Shown here: one piece after another, positions 13,261-25,770 of the stretch
How positions within the stretch are numbered: the first letter of the stretch is position 1
Layout of the letters: every line of letters starts with the position of its first letter
Source: Podarcis melisellensis
Taxonomy: Eukaryota
Assembly (NCBI GenBank): GCA_964234715.1
Contig: OZ174288.1
Direction: 5' to 3' (one strand)
Length of the DNA: 64,000 nucleotides
Notes under the pieces: model-generated
The model's input: the letters and a program-made list of their open reading frames with translations, nothing else
Databases searched by the model: none
What the model was told of the DNA's origin: nothing
Program-made: the position numbers and the translations under genes

Positions 13261-14305
13261 AATGTTCGGCAAAGTCCTTCACTAAAGGCTCCTGAGCAAA
13301 CAGCATTCATGAGGCAAGGGCATGTGGCCTGTTGTGGATATGAAACTGGTTAAAAAGAGGGAAGACATAATGTTCACTGTTGATGGAAATAAGTAACTCA
13401 GAAGCTGTATTTAACTTCTATATTATCTGAAGCAACGGATAAGCGATGAGGTAGCTAAATACCACATTCACTATCAGAAGGCATGGGCAGGGGAGATATA
13501 TTTGCATGGCCCTGGAGATATGTCCACAATGGGGCTAGGCAGACCTCACCCTATCATTGTGTGCGGGTAAATATTTATTGTTGAGCCCCACTAGCAAAAA
13601 TATTTTCAAAGGGCACAATAGCCATTTAATAATTAAATTGGGTTTAATTTATAAACTCCTTTGTGCCTCACCTTTCGCTCCTAGTTATTTTGTTTCTATT
13701 TTGGGCTGCCTTTTAGGGCATAGTCCTCACAAGCTATATACTGAAACAAACACAGAAGAAAAGAACAAAAACAAGATTCAAAACAATTGTAAAGGAGCGT
13801 CTTAAATAAAGATGCCAGGAGCATTCTATAAAAATTGGAGGGTGCTCCCTGCCTGGGCATATTAGCCAAGTTTACAGTGAATAGTATATACTCTGCCTAA
13901 AGGATGCTAAGGAGTCCTGTACCCTAGGGAGATATGGTACTTGGCTCAACTGAAACACCAGAAACTTCTCGCTCTTCCTAGCCTTCAACTACAGTAGTCC
14001 ATTTTAGCAGGTTGTTGCAGGAACTGTTGCCAACTCAGATCTAGTGCATCCAAGTTTGCCTTCTTCCCCTCCTCCCTCCCAGTCCCTCTTCCATTTTGTG
14101 TCTTCGTCTTTTTTAGAATTGTAAACCGAAGGTCAGGGACTATCCTTGTAAACTGCAAATCTATCTTATTTTTTTTCCAGCTGAAGAACAGGCTTCAAAA
14201 CAAAACAAAAACAAAAAAAAACCCCAACCTTTGGAACAAATGCAATCTAAAGGCTCCCAGATGTTGTTGGACTCCAGCTCCCATCACCCCCAGCCAGTAT
14301 GACAT

Positions 14306-14444
14306 CAGCGGTTCTCAACCTGTGGATCACCAGATGTTGTTGGACTACAACCCCCCATCATCCCTGAGCTCTGGGCTTGCTAGCTAGGGGTGAGGGGAGT
14401 TGTAATTCAACAACATCTGGGGACCCACAGCTTGAGAAAGGCTG
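14306..14444. mobile_element. Palindromic non-autonomous DNA transposon (MITE)
   Basis: Ends CAGCGGTTCTCAACCTGTGG / CCACAGCTTGAGAAAGGCTG and inner arms CAGATGTTGTTGGACTACAAC / GTTGTAATTCAACAACATCTG form a long hairpin. Confidence 0.75.
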
Positions 14445-14621
14445 AGTCTTAAGGGATTAATTAGGTCACTGTAGTGCAATGATACCCAGAGGTTCCCCAC
14501 CCTCATGGCTTCGCTTTATCCTCAAGTATTTTTCAGATTCATTTTTTTGCTGTTTTCACTTTCCATATTTTATTTGGTACTTTGTGTTTTTTCCCTTTGT
14601 GTATTGTACGGCACCGCGGGG

Positions 14622-15213
14622 CAGGGGTGTAGGGCGAACCGTCCCAGCTTCCATCATGGGTGTGTGTGACAAATTATCAAGTAACAATTACTGCCCTACT
14701 AGGGCGGTTCATAAAAACCTTTTTTTTTAAAAAAAAATGCCTGTTCCAAAGGTCTTATTTTACTACACTAGGGATTATATAGCTATATATGAAATTTCAT
14801 GCATATCAGTTAATGTCTTGACCCTCCACGAAAATAGCTATTTACGTGGCTGTTTTCCTATGTCGTGAAGGCTGAAATTTCAATTCAGTGGAGCACTTAC
14901 TGTTCCCAACCCTTACCCTGCGGAAAGCCATCTAATTAGAATTTAACTTGATTTTGACATGTTTTAAGGAGGTAATTTAATTATTGTTTGATTTTTATAC
15001 CCATGTTATGTATCTGATGTTAGCCGCCCTGAGCCCGACTTCCGCCGAGGAGGGGGGTTATAAATAAAAGTTGTTTCTTATTCATTATTATTCCTTTGAA
15101 GGAAAATATGAAATAACATAAAACCATTTTTTCAGGCAAAAAAATAAATGAATGTGTGGGGGGTGACAAGAAATTTTCCGCACCTGGTACCACCTGACCT
15201 TCCTACGCCTCTG
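14622..15213. mobile_element. Non-autonomous hAT element at the upstream edge of the SUN1 CpG island
   Basis: TIR CAGGGGTGTAGG / CCTACGCCTCTG; perfect 8-bp TSD CCGCGGGG at 14614-14621 and 15214-15221. Confidence 0.85.
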
Positions 15214-15940
15214 CCGCGGGGCGATCCCTGCTTCGGAGCTGGAGGTGCAGTTTAGGCACACCTAGAAACGAAGGAAGCGGGAAAAGGCACCGGCTGAGGA
15301 GAAATATCCGTTTTCCCACTGAGCATGTGCAGAGAGCGCTTCTCCTACCCTGACCAACCGCCTCGGTGTGGAAGAGGGGCGGTGGGCGTGCCTTCCCGCA
15401 GCCCAGCCCATTCCTGCGCTTGCCGCCATTTTCGAAAATGAACCGTTGCCCGCGGCCGAAGGGGGCGGGGCGGGGCATGAGGAGCAGAGAGAGGGAGAGA
15501 AATTCTGGAGGCCTCTCAGGGAAGCGGCGAGTCCGCCGACGCCTCCCGCCCCGCTCCCCTCAGGCAAGCGGGGCGGGGGGCGGAACGGACGCGTAGCGGC
15601 GCTGCTCCCGTAAAGCAGCGCGAGATCCGCGTCACCCTCCTCAGGTGCGCCGACGACGGCCGGCAGTCAGCCAGAAGCGGCGTCCTCCCAGGGCGCGTGC
15701 GCGTGCCTCTCGTCAGGTAACTAACGGCCGCGCTTGAGAGACAGAGCGCGCGCCGCGGCCGAGGCGCCTGGTGGACTCCGTTTCCATTGCTCTTGCTTCT
15801 TGCTTCTCTTTTCCTTCTCTTCCTCTCTTTCCCGGGAATACATGAAAGGGATAGAGCAGGCGGCGGTATTATGTTAACGCGGCCCTCTCTCGGTTTCTCA
15901 GAGGGATTCATTCACCACAAACCGCCACCTCAGCCTCCGT
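15214..15940 (+). promoter_or_regulatory. SUN1: CpG island, SUN1 promoter and non-coding first exon
   Basis: Most CpG-dense, GC-rich block in the window; YY1-type GCCGCCATTTT (15422-15432); tandem GC boxes (15462-15476); candidate donors CAG|GTAACT after 15716 and CAG|GTGCGC after 15644. Confidence 0.8.
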
Positions 15941-16569
15941 TTCTATACTGTGGAGGTTGAGGAGGGGAAATCCCCCCCCCTTAGTTTAGCGCGAGGATTG
16001 TTCGTAGGCCCCCACCCAACACCCTCGCTTCTCCCCCCCCCTCAATAATATGATGGGGGCGCTCTTCTCTTTGAACCCCCCCCCCCGTCACACAAGCAAA
16101 TCGAGAGAAAGGCGGGGAGGGAGAAATATCTGGTGGCTTCATTCTCCCTCCCCTCCTTCCTTTCCACTCCCCTTTTATATGAACAAATAGTTGCATGCTG
16201 CTATTCCAAAACGAATTATTGCATTGCAGAGGGTTGGACTAGATGACCCTTGGAACCCCTTCTACTCAATGATTCATTTTTTTGGGGGGGGGTCAGGTTT
16301 AGACCCCATACAATTTACTGGTTGCTTTTTTAAAAACCAAAGTAGCTTACAACAAGCACGTCCATTGAAACAGGCATAAAATAAAGGGAACGAACTAGGA
16401 TACATCCGTTTTCAAAAGGCAGGTTTAAATCATTCTGCCCACTGGAGGCTGCAGATAATTAAGAGCCAAAGGCCTTGTGAAACATATGCATGCACATACA
16501 ATAAAAGATGAGTTTAAAATTTGCAAGGAACAATTCCAGAAAGGTATTTTCTTAACTGCTTGCCCAACC

Positions 16570-16780
16570 CATTGTGGTGTAGTTAAGAGTGTTGGGCCGG
16601 CAGACAAGATTTCAAATCTCCACTCAGCCATGAAGCTCATTGGGTGACCTTGGGCAAATCACTGTCTCTTAGCCTGGCTTACCTCACAGGGCTGTTGTGA
16701 GAATAAAATGGAGGGCGGAAACTGTGTATGCCACCTTGAGCTCCTTTGGATGAAGAATGGAACATAAATCAAATGCATTA
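16570..16780 (+). mobile_element. MIR/CORE-like squamate SINE (related copies about 17130-17300 + and 24790-24950 -)
   Basis: Shared core CAGCCATGAAGCTCAnTGGGTGACCTTGGGC..CACT..CTCTTAGC..ACCTCAC.GGG.TGTTGTG recurs in the window; boundaries approximate. Confidence 0.6.
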
Positions 16781-17909
16781 AAATGCAATAGCTTCCAGCT
16801 AGGGCAGGGGTGGGTAGCCTGTGATCCTCCACATTTTGCTAAAATACCTCTATCCCTAAGGTAGTTTAGCAAGTTAGGGTTTATTAGGGCTGATGGGAGT
16901 TGGTATCCAACATCAGTCTGAAGGACCACAGGTTCCTCTAGGATTAAAATAAAAATAGAAAGTAGCCCCTGCTGCTCCATAAGAAGGCTCCAAAAGCTGC
17001 AGCCAGCTAATACTTTTAATGGGGCAAACCAAGATGTCGACAAAACGTTGCAATACCTACCTTGATGGTTTTGTTGTTGCTATCTTCTTATTACAATTAT
17101 AGTCTGCCTTTCATTCAAGGTAGCATACCAAGACTGGGGAGACCTGGTGTTCAAGTCCCCACCCAGCTGTGAACTTCAATATGTGTGTCCTTGAGCCAGT
17201 TCCTCCCTCTCAGCCTAACCTATCTTAAAGGGTGGCTGTGCAGATAAAATGGGAGGAGAGGACCATGTAAGCTGCCCTGCACCACTTGGAGGACAAACTA
17301 TGAATGTAACCATTTTTTTTGAAGTGAAATTTTCCCCCTCCTTCCTTTCCCCTCTCTTCACTCCGCCTACTTTTGCTTTCACATCCAGTCGGAAGAAAAC
17401 TTATGGAGCATTTGAAAGTTTGTTCCTTGTTTTGGGAGGTTCTGATAAAGGTATGGCCTGCCTGAATTTAGGATTAAAACTTCTTAAATGTTTGTTTTCA
17501 GTCTGTCTAGTGGTCACCAATACTTTCAGACTTTGGCATTATATTATCTTTCTTTTAAAAATTAATACATAGCTGAATTCTGTTTCCTGTGCCGTATTCT
17601 ATTTCTTCCTGTTTTTAGATGGGTGATGGAAATATTTTTATTCTGTCAGGCATTTTATATTTGGTTTCTACATTTTCATGCTACCTCTTTGAGTTTCATT
17701 GTGATTTCCCCCCCTTTTATGTAGCTTCCAATCTGTGCTTGGAACCCTCTGCGCTGGGACTTGTACTCATGTGTCATGTGACTATCAATCAGTGAATAAC
17801 TAATAGTTTTCCTACTCACACTTACATACTGTGAGCTGCTGGGTATGGTGGAATATGAGCTCACATAAGTTAGTACTTAGTTCAAGGTGCCATGCATGTC
17901 TAATAGAAA

Positions 17910-18148
17910 GGCTGCACAGCTCAGTGGTAGAGCACAAGTTTTGCATGCAAAAGGTTACAGGAAGGACTGTAGTTCAGTGGAATAATACCAGCTTTGCATG
18001 CAGAAGGTCCCAAGTTCAATCCCAGGCATCTCCATGTAGCACTGGAAAAAGACTTCTACCTGAAATCCTGGAGAACGGGTACTAACTAGTCTGAATACTT
18101 AGCTAGATGAACCAATGATCCAACCTGGTATAAGGCAGCTTCCTATGA
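17910..18148 (+). mobile_element. tRNA-derived SINE with partially duplicated head (related copies about 34425-34600 - and 40185-40340 +)
   Basis: A box AGCTCAGTGG, B box AGTTCAATCC, tail GGTATAAGGCAGCTTCCTATG; head repeated at about 17910 and 17965. Confidence 0.65.
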
Positions 18149-20548
18149 CTGCCACTACAACTTTTAAGACCACCAGGGAGTGCTGTCAATATAGACATCA
18201 AATCAAAATCTGTAAGGATACACATTAAGGGTATTCTTGGCTACCCCTCAATGTCTAAGGGCCCAATTATTCCTCCTCCCATTCAAACCTGCGTGAATTT
18301 TAAGATCTATAGGAAAAGCTCTGCTGGTGGCTCCCAGGCCTAATGATGTGTATGTGGTAGGGGCACGGGCCCATGGGTGGGCTTTCTTTTCAGTGGCCTC
18401 TTGCCTTTGAAATGACTTCCCCTCTGAGGTATGTCTCACTACAACACTGATGTCATTTCATCAGCAGCTGATGACACCTCTTTGTCTAGCCTTTTGGGAT
18501 TCAGGTGTATTAGCCATTTGAGTTTCTGTTGCTGCTGGTGGTTTTATTTGTAACTGAATTCTGTGTTTTGTTTTCCATTGTTTTTGTTTTATTTTAATTT
18601 TTGTTTTTAACAGCATATATTTCTGACATGGGATGTTTGGTAAATGTTGGGTTATAAATATTTTTATACAGTAATATAAATAAATAACCTTCAGTGAGTT
18701 TCTATGGAAAATAATGCTTTAGTGTATTCTGAAAAGTGTATTTATTCTGAAAAACCATATGAGGATTTAATTTGGTTTTTAGTAGCCAGTGATGGATTCA
18801 AGCATATTATTACCCACCTCAAGACTTTGGAATAGGAAGAACTGTGTCCAATAAATACATATGAAAGTTACTTAAAATGGTGGGCGTTTGGCCCAGTTCT
18901 GTTAAGTAGCACCCTGATTTTAGTAACTTGCGGTAAAATTGTTTCCTTGTGATTGTTGCTGAGGACAATGTAAGTAAGAAGAAAGTAAAACGAGTGATAT
19001 AAAAATTCAGAGTGAGAGAGGTGGTTTTGAACAGGCATGAAGTTTTGGTAGTCATATTTTGTAGTAAAAATAGTTGGATAGCACTTTCCAGGCAGGTAGT
19101 TATGTTTTCTTTCTCCAGGAAATTATTAAGTGTATTATATTCAGATACACCCCCTCATATAGGAATGTGGCACAGTTAGTCCTATAAGGATAATCCAGGC
19201 TCACAAGGCTTTAATAGAGTTCTGATTAGAACAGTAGCAGCTGTGCCTTCTGTCTCTTTGGCAGATAAATGACCTGTCCACAAAAGAGCAACAAACGGCT
19301 CTCTGTGCTTTCACTATTTGTGGTACTTTGCTCCAGAGTGGTCTGGGGGTTTGTAACAGACAGCTGGGAAACAAAAAACGGCATGCTTTATTCAAATGAA
19401 AAGATGTCCTTCTGCTAGCATTGCAACTGGGTTGGCATCTTGCTGGGCGTTGGTGGTATATTTTTGTCAATAAAGAATTTGATGACAGGTTGCATAAATG
19501 CCAGGAAACATATGGTGATGTCTCCAGTACTATTAGTTATTATTGCCATTGCTGCTGTTAACAGTAGTGGATTAATTCTGCAAGGAAGACTTGAATACAA
19601 CATATTTTGGGGCTTTGCCCCATTGAATGAATGAATGAAACTTTATTTGCGTCAGCCGTCGGCCATAGCAACAAAAAAACATTGTGATATACACAGAACA
19701 AAATAAAAAGTCAATTATAGTAGACCATTGGTATTGGTCTACTATGATTTTTTGTAATGCCCATCTTTTGCATTGTCTCTCTGGTTTTAGCATGCTTATG
19801 TGGCTCTGAAGTAGAGTTATAGATTTAGTGATATTGTGATCCAGGCTAAAATGGTAAAGCTCTTGGCAGTACAGCATGGAACAGGATGGTGCCAGCATGG
19901 AATTAAGAAATGGAAAATGAAGTGCGTGCATCAGGTTTTGAATGTTGAAACAAGGAAAATTTACCTAGACAGGCAGGTTTTGAGTGTGCAATTATGGTGC
20001 TAAAGACTAAATATTCCATTACTAAGTGAGGCTAGACTGATTTATTTACTGCAAACTTTCTCATATTTATATGTGTTTCTTAGTTATCTCTGAAGAAGAT
20101 GAACATCAGCTCTCTCTGGTGTACATATAGAAAAATGTGTGTTTATTTAAAAGTGTGACTGTTTATATTGTGGTAACATGCTAATTCCCATCAGAACAAA
20201 TGTATGTGTTTCACTCGTGAGAAACTGTGATTGGTCATGGATTCTAGGGCTTGTACACAGCATGTTCATCCAGCAAAATGTATTTGTGTGCAATTATATG
20301 GTATGTAGATTGTATATTAAGGCATTTGGAAACAAGTGCTTTGCACTTAAGAATTACATACTGTTGGAAGTATCCTTGCTATAAAAATGGAATCCTAGCA
20401 CGTTCCGCCTATGAATAATTCTGCAGGGGTTTTTTTGGGAGGGGGCAATACATGTGAGAGAGCTGCTAATTCTTATTACAGTGTAAGCTAATTTGAAAAT
20501 TGAAGGAGCAAGATGTATTTTTCAACTCCAATTTCAATAGTCCATATA

Positions 20549-20722
20549 CAGTGGTACCTTGGGTTACATATGGTTCAGATTACAGACGCTTCAGTTTACA
20601 GACTCCACTAACCCAGAAATAATACCTCGGGTTAAGAACTTTGCTTCAGAACAGAAATTTCACGGTAGCGGGAGGCCCCACTAGCTAAAGTGGTACCTCG
20701 GGTTAAGAACAGTTTCAGGTTA
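20549..20722 (+). mobile_element. Truncated copy of the Tc1/Tigger-type MITE at 49721
   Basis: TA + CAGTGGTACCTTGGGTTACA start; internal sequence matches 49721-49962; right TIR missing. Confidence 0.75.
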
Positions 20723-21114
20723 GGCATGATTGTGTACTCTAACCAGTGCTCAACTGCCTTTGTAACAAAGACCTGGGTTCTAGTTGTTGTCTAGCCTGTT
20801 TTATCATCCATAATTACTTGAAGTACCACGTTGCTGAACAGACTACATAGCACTGGAGAGAAAACTAGATTGCTAAACTTTCAATTGCCCATCTTATCTT
20901 GCCATTCTATAGCAAGACTAGGACCTTTCACATGAATGCCTGCCCCATCCACTGGGAAATTCCCAAGAACATTAAGCAGTTCATCATATTCCATTGGTCT
21001 GTGGGCTGGGATCAGGGAGCAGACCATCTAAATGGGTCCTCCACCCCTGTAGGGTGATGTAGGCACTAGAATTCCAAACTATACCTGGAAATGTTCTAAC
21101 TATGGCAATGATGT

Positions 21115-21210
21115 TATAGAATCGTAGAATTGTAGAGTTGAAAGGGATCCTGAGGGTCATCTAATCTAACCCACTGCTATGCACGAATCTCAACTGAAGC
21201 ATCTATGACC
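21115..21210 (-). mobile_element. CR1 LINE 3' end fragment
   Basis: (ATAGAATC)n-type terminal repeat followed by GTAGAGTTG.AAGGGATCC.GAGGGTCATCTA. Confidence 0.65.
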
Positions 21211-24200
21211 AAAATTGAAGGTGGAAAGGGGAGAGAAAGAAAAAGGTGATTTTTACACTGTATGGCATTTTATTAAATTTATAAATGAAACATCACATGG
21301 ATGAGAAATACAACATATATTGCTATATGATATAGATATGCAGGCACTGCTCATAAACTCACTCCTATTATTCTGTTTTCCAAGTTGATTTATTTAAGAA
21401 TTCATTGAACTGGTTTACTATATCACCTCATTATCATGTACTACAAAATAATAGATTTAGCAGCTTACGTGAAATATTTTGCTTGGTGCTGCCAATCTTT
21501 CCCAGAAATCTGCAGCTGTAGGGGAGTATTACCGGTAGATGTCTACTTTTAATACATATGTGTTAATGGTGATTTGTTGAGGTGGCACCCTCTCTGAAAT
21601 GACTGTGTGGCTAGTACTTGGGTCTTTTGGTGGGCTAGTTGATGCTAAACAGATTCCTTGAAGCTAGAAAACTTTAAAACAACTGCTCCTGGCATTTTTG
21701 ATATGTGTAATGTGTAATGCTGAGGAGGCATGTGCTATAATCAGGGGAGGGCCAAGCCTCTCTTTGGCCCCTCCTTGGGTGTGTATTGGCTTCACCATCC
21801 TGCCAGTTTAATGCACCAAACCTTGTGCCCTATTTGAGTATTGATTAGTCCTTGGGGGTTCACTATAGTGCATCCTGCATATTCAAAGAATGTCATGGTC
21901 TCATGCAGCCCCAGACAACTGCTTCTATATGTCAGGGTTAAGAATGAGCATGGATGAGCTGCCAGTTTTGTTTTATCTGTTGAAGTGAGGGAGGGAGGCT
22001 TACAGAGAGGCTTCCTTTGACAAGGTTATGGGAACCTTGAGGGAAGGAAGGAAGAGCAAGGGATCACTGTAGCAATAGTGGGGGGGGGGAGTACTGCCAC
22101 CCTTTTGATTAGGTATGGCATGCATGTGGGTGAGCAACAGGTGGCAGCAATGAGAGGCAGAGAGGGGAGTGGGGAGCTGCATACCTAAGCACTGTGAAAG
22201 CTGATGATCTCTAAGATGGAGATGGAGGCTCTGGACAGTGCTAGGTGGGATGAATAAACTCGTGTTGCCAGATTTCAAAAGCTCTAGCCTTGCACGATGT
22301 GGGACATTTTAATATTTCCTCTAAGGCCAGCTCTTGTTGAGGTAGGAAAAGGTTTTTAAGTTAAATTGTTCCAAAGAATAAGGAAAATGCTCCTGACATT
22401 CAAATTTTGCTTTGCATATGATGAAAGTGCTAGAGCTGTGCAGATAATTTACATAGGTAAAGGTCCCCCCCCCCATAAGAACGTTGTTTAGCATTTGAAT
22501 AACTGCACTTGCCTCCTTGCTATTAAAGTATCAATTTTGCTAGCACAGGTTTAATGGAGTTCTTGCTCATAGGTCTCCAGAGCTGATATTTAAAAAGCAG
22601 GGAAGAGCCGGATCCCGCCCCCTCCCTGCCTTCCTTTTGCTAAATAGAAGCATGTTGTGGAAACAGAACATTGCAGGTTGCCTAGGAAAACAACAAAAGC
22701 ATGTTGGGGGGATCTTCTGTGCAGTATTGTAGCTTCTCCTTGCTAAAGAGCTAATTAAAGGTGAGAATGAAAGTGCCATGGAAACCTGTAACTATAAATA
22801 AAACACTGGGGAAAGGTTTTCAGTATGTACATCCTTGAAGGAAATTAAGTGGTTAAATATTGTGGGCTGGCTGAAGTAGCTTTGTCCAATAAATTCAAAG
22901 TCTGCCTCTGAGTGACAATGGAAGCTTTAAGAGGCTGGATTAGATTCGTCTGATCCTTCAGGCTTTGTTGACGCTGGGAAGCCATTTTGGGATTCTGCAG
23001 TGTGGAACAGAAAGAATGCGCTGTCAACTCTCAAACTTCTTTTGAGTTATTGGGCAGGAGATCGCCCTGTCCTGGAACACAATGCTGAATTAAAGTATTC
23101 TTCCTTCCTTCTCTGTGGGATGAATGATGCTGCATTTTGAAAAGATCCAGGTTTGAAGGTGTACCTTTGCTGCTGTTTTCTGATCAGTTGTGTAGGTCTG
23201 ATAGATCTGGAGCGTAACTTGGCAACTTGAGTTTGTTTTTAGCTGTGCCAAAGCATCGAGTTGCTTGCTTGTTCTGCTTTAGTGAGCCTTGTTTTGCAAT
23301 TTGTTTCTTAGTAATTTGAGATCTGACTGAGTTATTGTACAGAACAAGTTGAGTTGGATTTTTCAATCATTCCTGGTTTTCAGGGTTACTAGCTTGTAAA
23401 GTGAAAACACTCAACTCATGTTGTCTGAAGCATGTAGAAAATGCTCAGTATTTTTATAAATTCCATGTCCTGTTAACTGCCATTTAGCTATGTATGTTCC
23501 TCTTAAGTTCAGAATAATTCTTTTTAAAAATATTTACAGTGTTGTAATGTGTGCTCTCCTTTGACAGCCACAGTCTAAGTACAGTAATAATACAGTCAAA
23601 GCTTGCACCAAGTGCAATATATTATAGATGATCAGATTTGTATGTCAGAATACCTGGGGGTTTTTAAACATGTGATTGATACATATTTCTGAAACACTGT
23701 CTTTTGTCTTAAATCGTGTACTGTATTTACTTTTGATTGAAGCTCTTTGCTTTTCAGCCTGTTCTTTTTAAATTTTAATGTGGGGAGGTACGTGAAAGAG
23801 GCTGCAAAATGTTAGATATTCCCTGTAAGATAATTCAGATTTTTGGGAATGAGTTTTCAGTGACTAAAATGAAATACTATAGTTAGATTAGCTTGTAAAC
23901 TGCTGAAGCAGCAGCAGCAAAGTTCTTAAAATCTGAAGGTGCAAGCTATTTGTTATTGGCTGCATTAACCATAATTTAATGTACTGCGCTGAAAAGAGAG
24001 TTCATAGCTCAGTTTGTTTTGAGGAGGCATTTAGAATATACATAGTTAGCATATTATAGCTCATAAGTAACCATATTGTTTTTAAAATGCTTAGGAATAG
24101 CAGGTCTTGATTTTTAAACCAGCACTATGGATGTTTTGTTTATTGTTTGATCAGTAATACTATCCTTTTAATTCTAAAATGAAGGCCCATTTTATAGACA

Positions 24201-25621
24201 GTTATTGCCTGATGTATTATTGCTGCTAGTGTATTCTTATAAGAGATATGTTCCAGTAGTTCTAAAAGATGCCTGTTTTCTGTGAACATCTAATACTGTA
24301 CCCTACTCCTTCAATCCCTTTTCCTTATCAAAAGTGAAACTAGAGTGGAATGTATTCATATTCTTTATCACAACTTGTGAATTGAGCAGCAAAGGGAAAC
24401 TGATGTCCATGGTTCTGAATTTGTTAAAAAGAATAGCAGCTTTGAAATGTAGCACGTGAGTTGCATCAACAACTTACTTAAACAGAATATCAGGTACCAC
24501 TTTTTGTACTTCTGATTACTACCATCCCACCATCCAGACCTGTTAAGAAAAATAAGTGGAGATCCCCGCCCCCCAAAAAGTCTTATTTTTGAACCTGATT
24601 CAAAAACAAAAGTGAAAGTTTGAAGCCTTTTGCAATTTGCATAGTTTTCTCCTGAGCCGTGGACTTCTGTCAATAAGATTGCTGAGTACAGAGAGACACA
24701 TTGGAATCATTGTGAGGAGCAGAAAATCCCCCTCCCTTTTAAAATGTGGCTATTTTTACTTGAGTGATGAAGCTATTGCACTATAGCCATGTTCTCACCC
24801 ATTTCATCACAACAACCCAGTGAGGTAGGTTAAGCTAAGAGATAGTGACTGGCCCAAGGTCACCACCCAGTGAACTTCATGGCTGAGTGGGGATTCGAAC
24901 CATGGTCTCCCAGGTCAGAGGCCAACACTCTAACCATTATGCCACACTAGCTTTCATTGTTTTGTCTCCTCTCTATGCATTGAATAAATGTGGTACTGGA
25001 GGTACGAACAGGACTACTGTCTCCTATGCAATAATTTAGGAGTTGGCCACAATTTTTTGAGATGTTACTTGGATCATTTGAATTTATAATATTCTCTGTG
25101 CACTCTGGCCAGATAATTATTGATCACAGGACAGCAGAGCAGGTTGGGCTGGCTTAAGCCCTTCTCTGGTCCAAGGCAGGGACAGCAACTTTGATATCGC
25201 TTCTGTGTAGGAGGTTCTTGTGCTTATTCAGTTTTTCTAGAGAGATGCGGGTTTGGAGGCCACCTTGCTCATTTCTTCAGACATTTCAGCCTATCTTCCC
25301 TCTGACAGAAAGAGAGGGAAGAGTGCACCACCTCACACATCACTCTTAAGGCTTCTATAACTTCATAGCCTTGTACCCCACACCTGTTTGACCACAGGCT
25401 CAGGAAAGGGAGGACAAGTTGCTGCGGCTTCCAAAGCTATCACAAAACATTTTATCCTCTTCCATAGAAGTGATGGATAGCTGCACTGTCCTCTCAGTGG
25501 ATGGCCTCATGGCTGCATTAATACCCATGCCAGCTATTCCCCAGGAAAAGGAGAATTCAAGATGAATCCTTGATAGGAAGAATGGTGCTGGCCTATGGTA
25601 GATTTGATCCGGATACTTCTT

Positions 25622-25770
25622 TCATAGAATCATAGAATTGTAGAGTTGGAAGGGATCTCTAGGGTCATCTAGTCCAACCCCTGCAATACAAGAATCTCAA
25701 CTAAAGCAACCAGGACAGATGACCATCCAACCTCTGCTTTAAAACTTCCAAGGAAGGAGAGTTCCACTTC
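25622..25770 (-). mobile_element. CR1 LINE 3' end fragment
   Basis: TCATAGAATCATAGAAT (reverse of the CR1 ATTCTRTG repeat), GGTCATCTAGTCCAACCCC and AACCTCTGCTTTAAAACTTCC. Confidence 0.75.

Noticed and set aside
15203-15911. Several overlapping 76-131 aa ORFs on both strands
   Set aside because: Low-complexity Arg/Pro/Gly peptides expected from stop-codon depletion in a CpG island; no recognisable domain.
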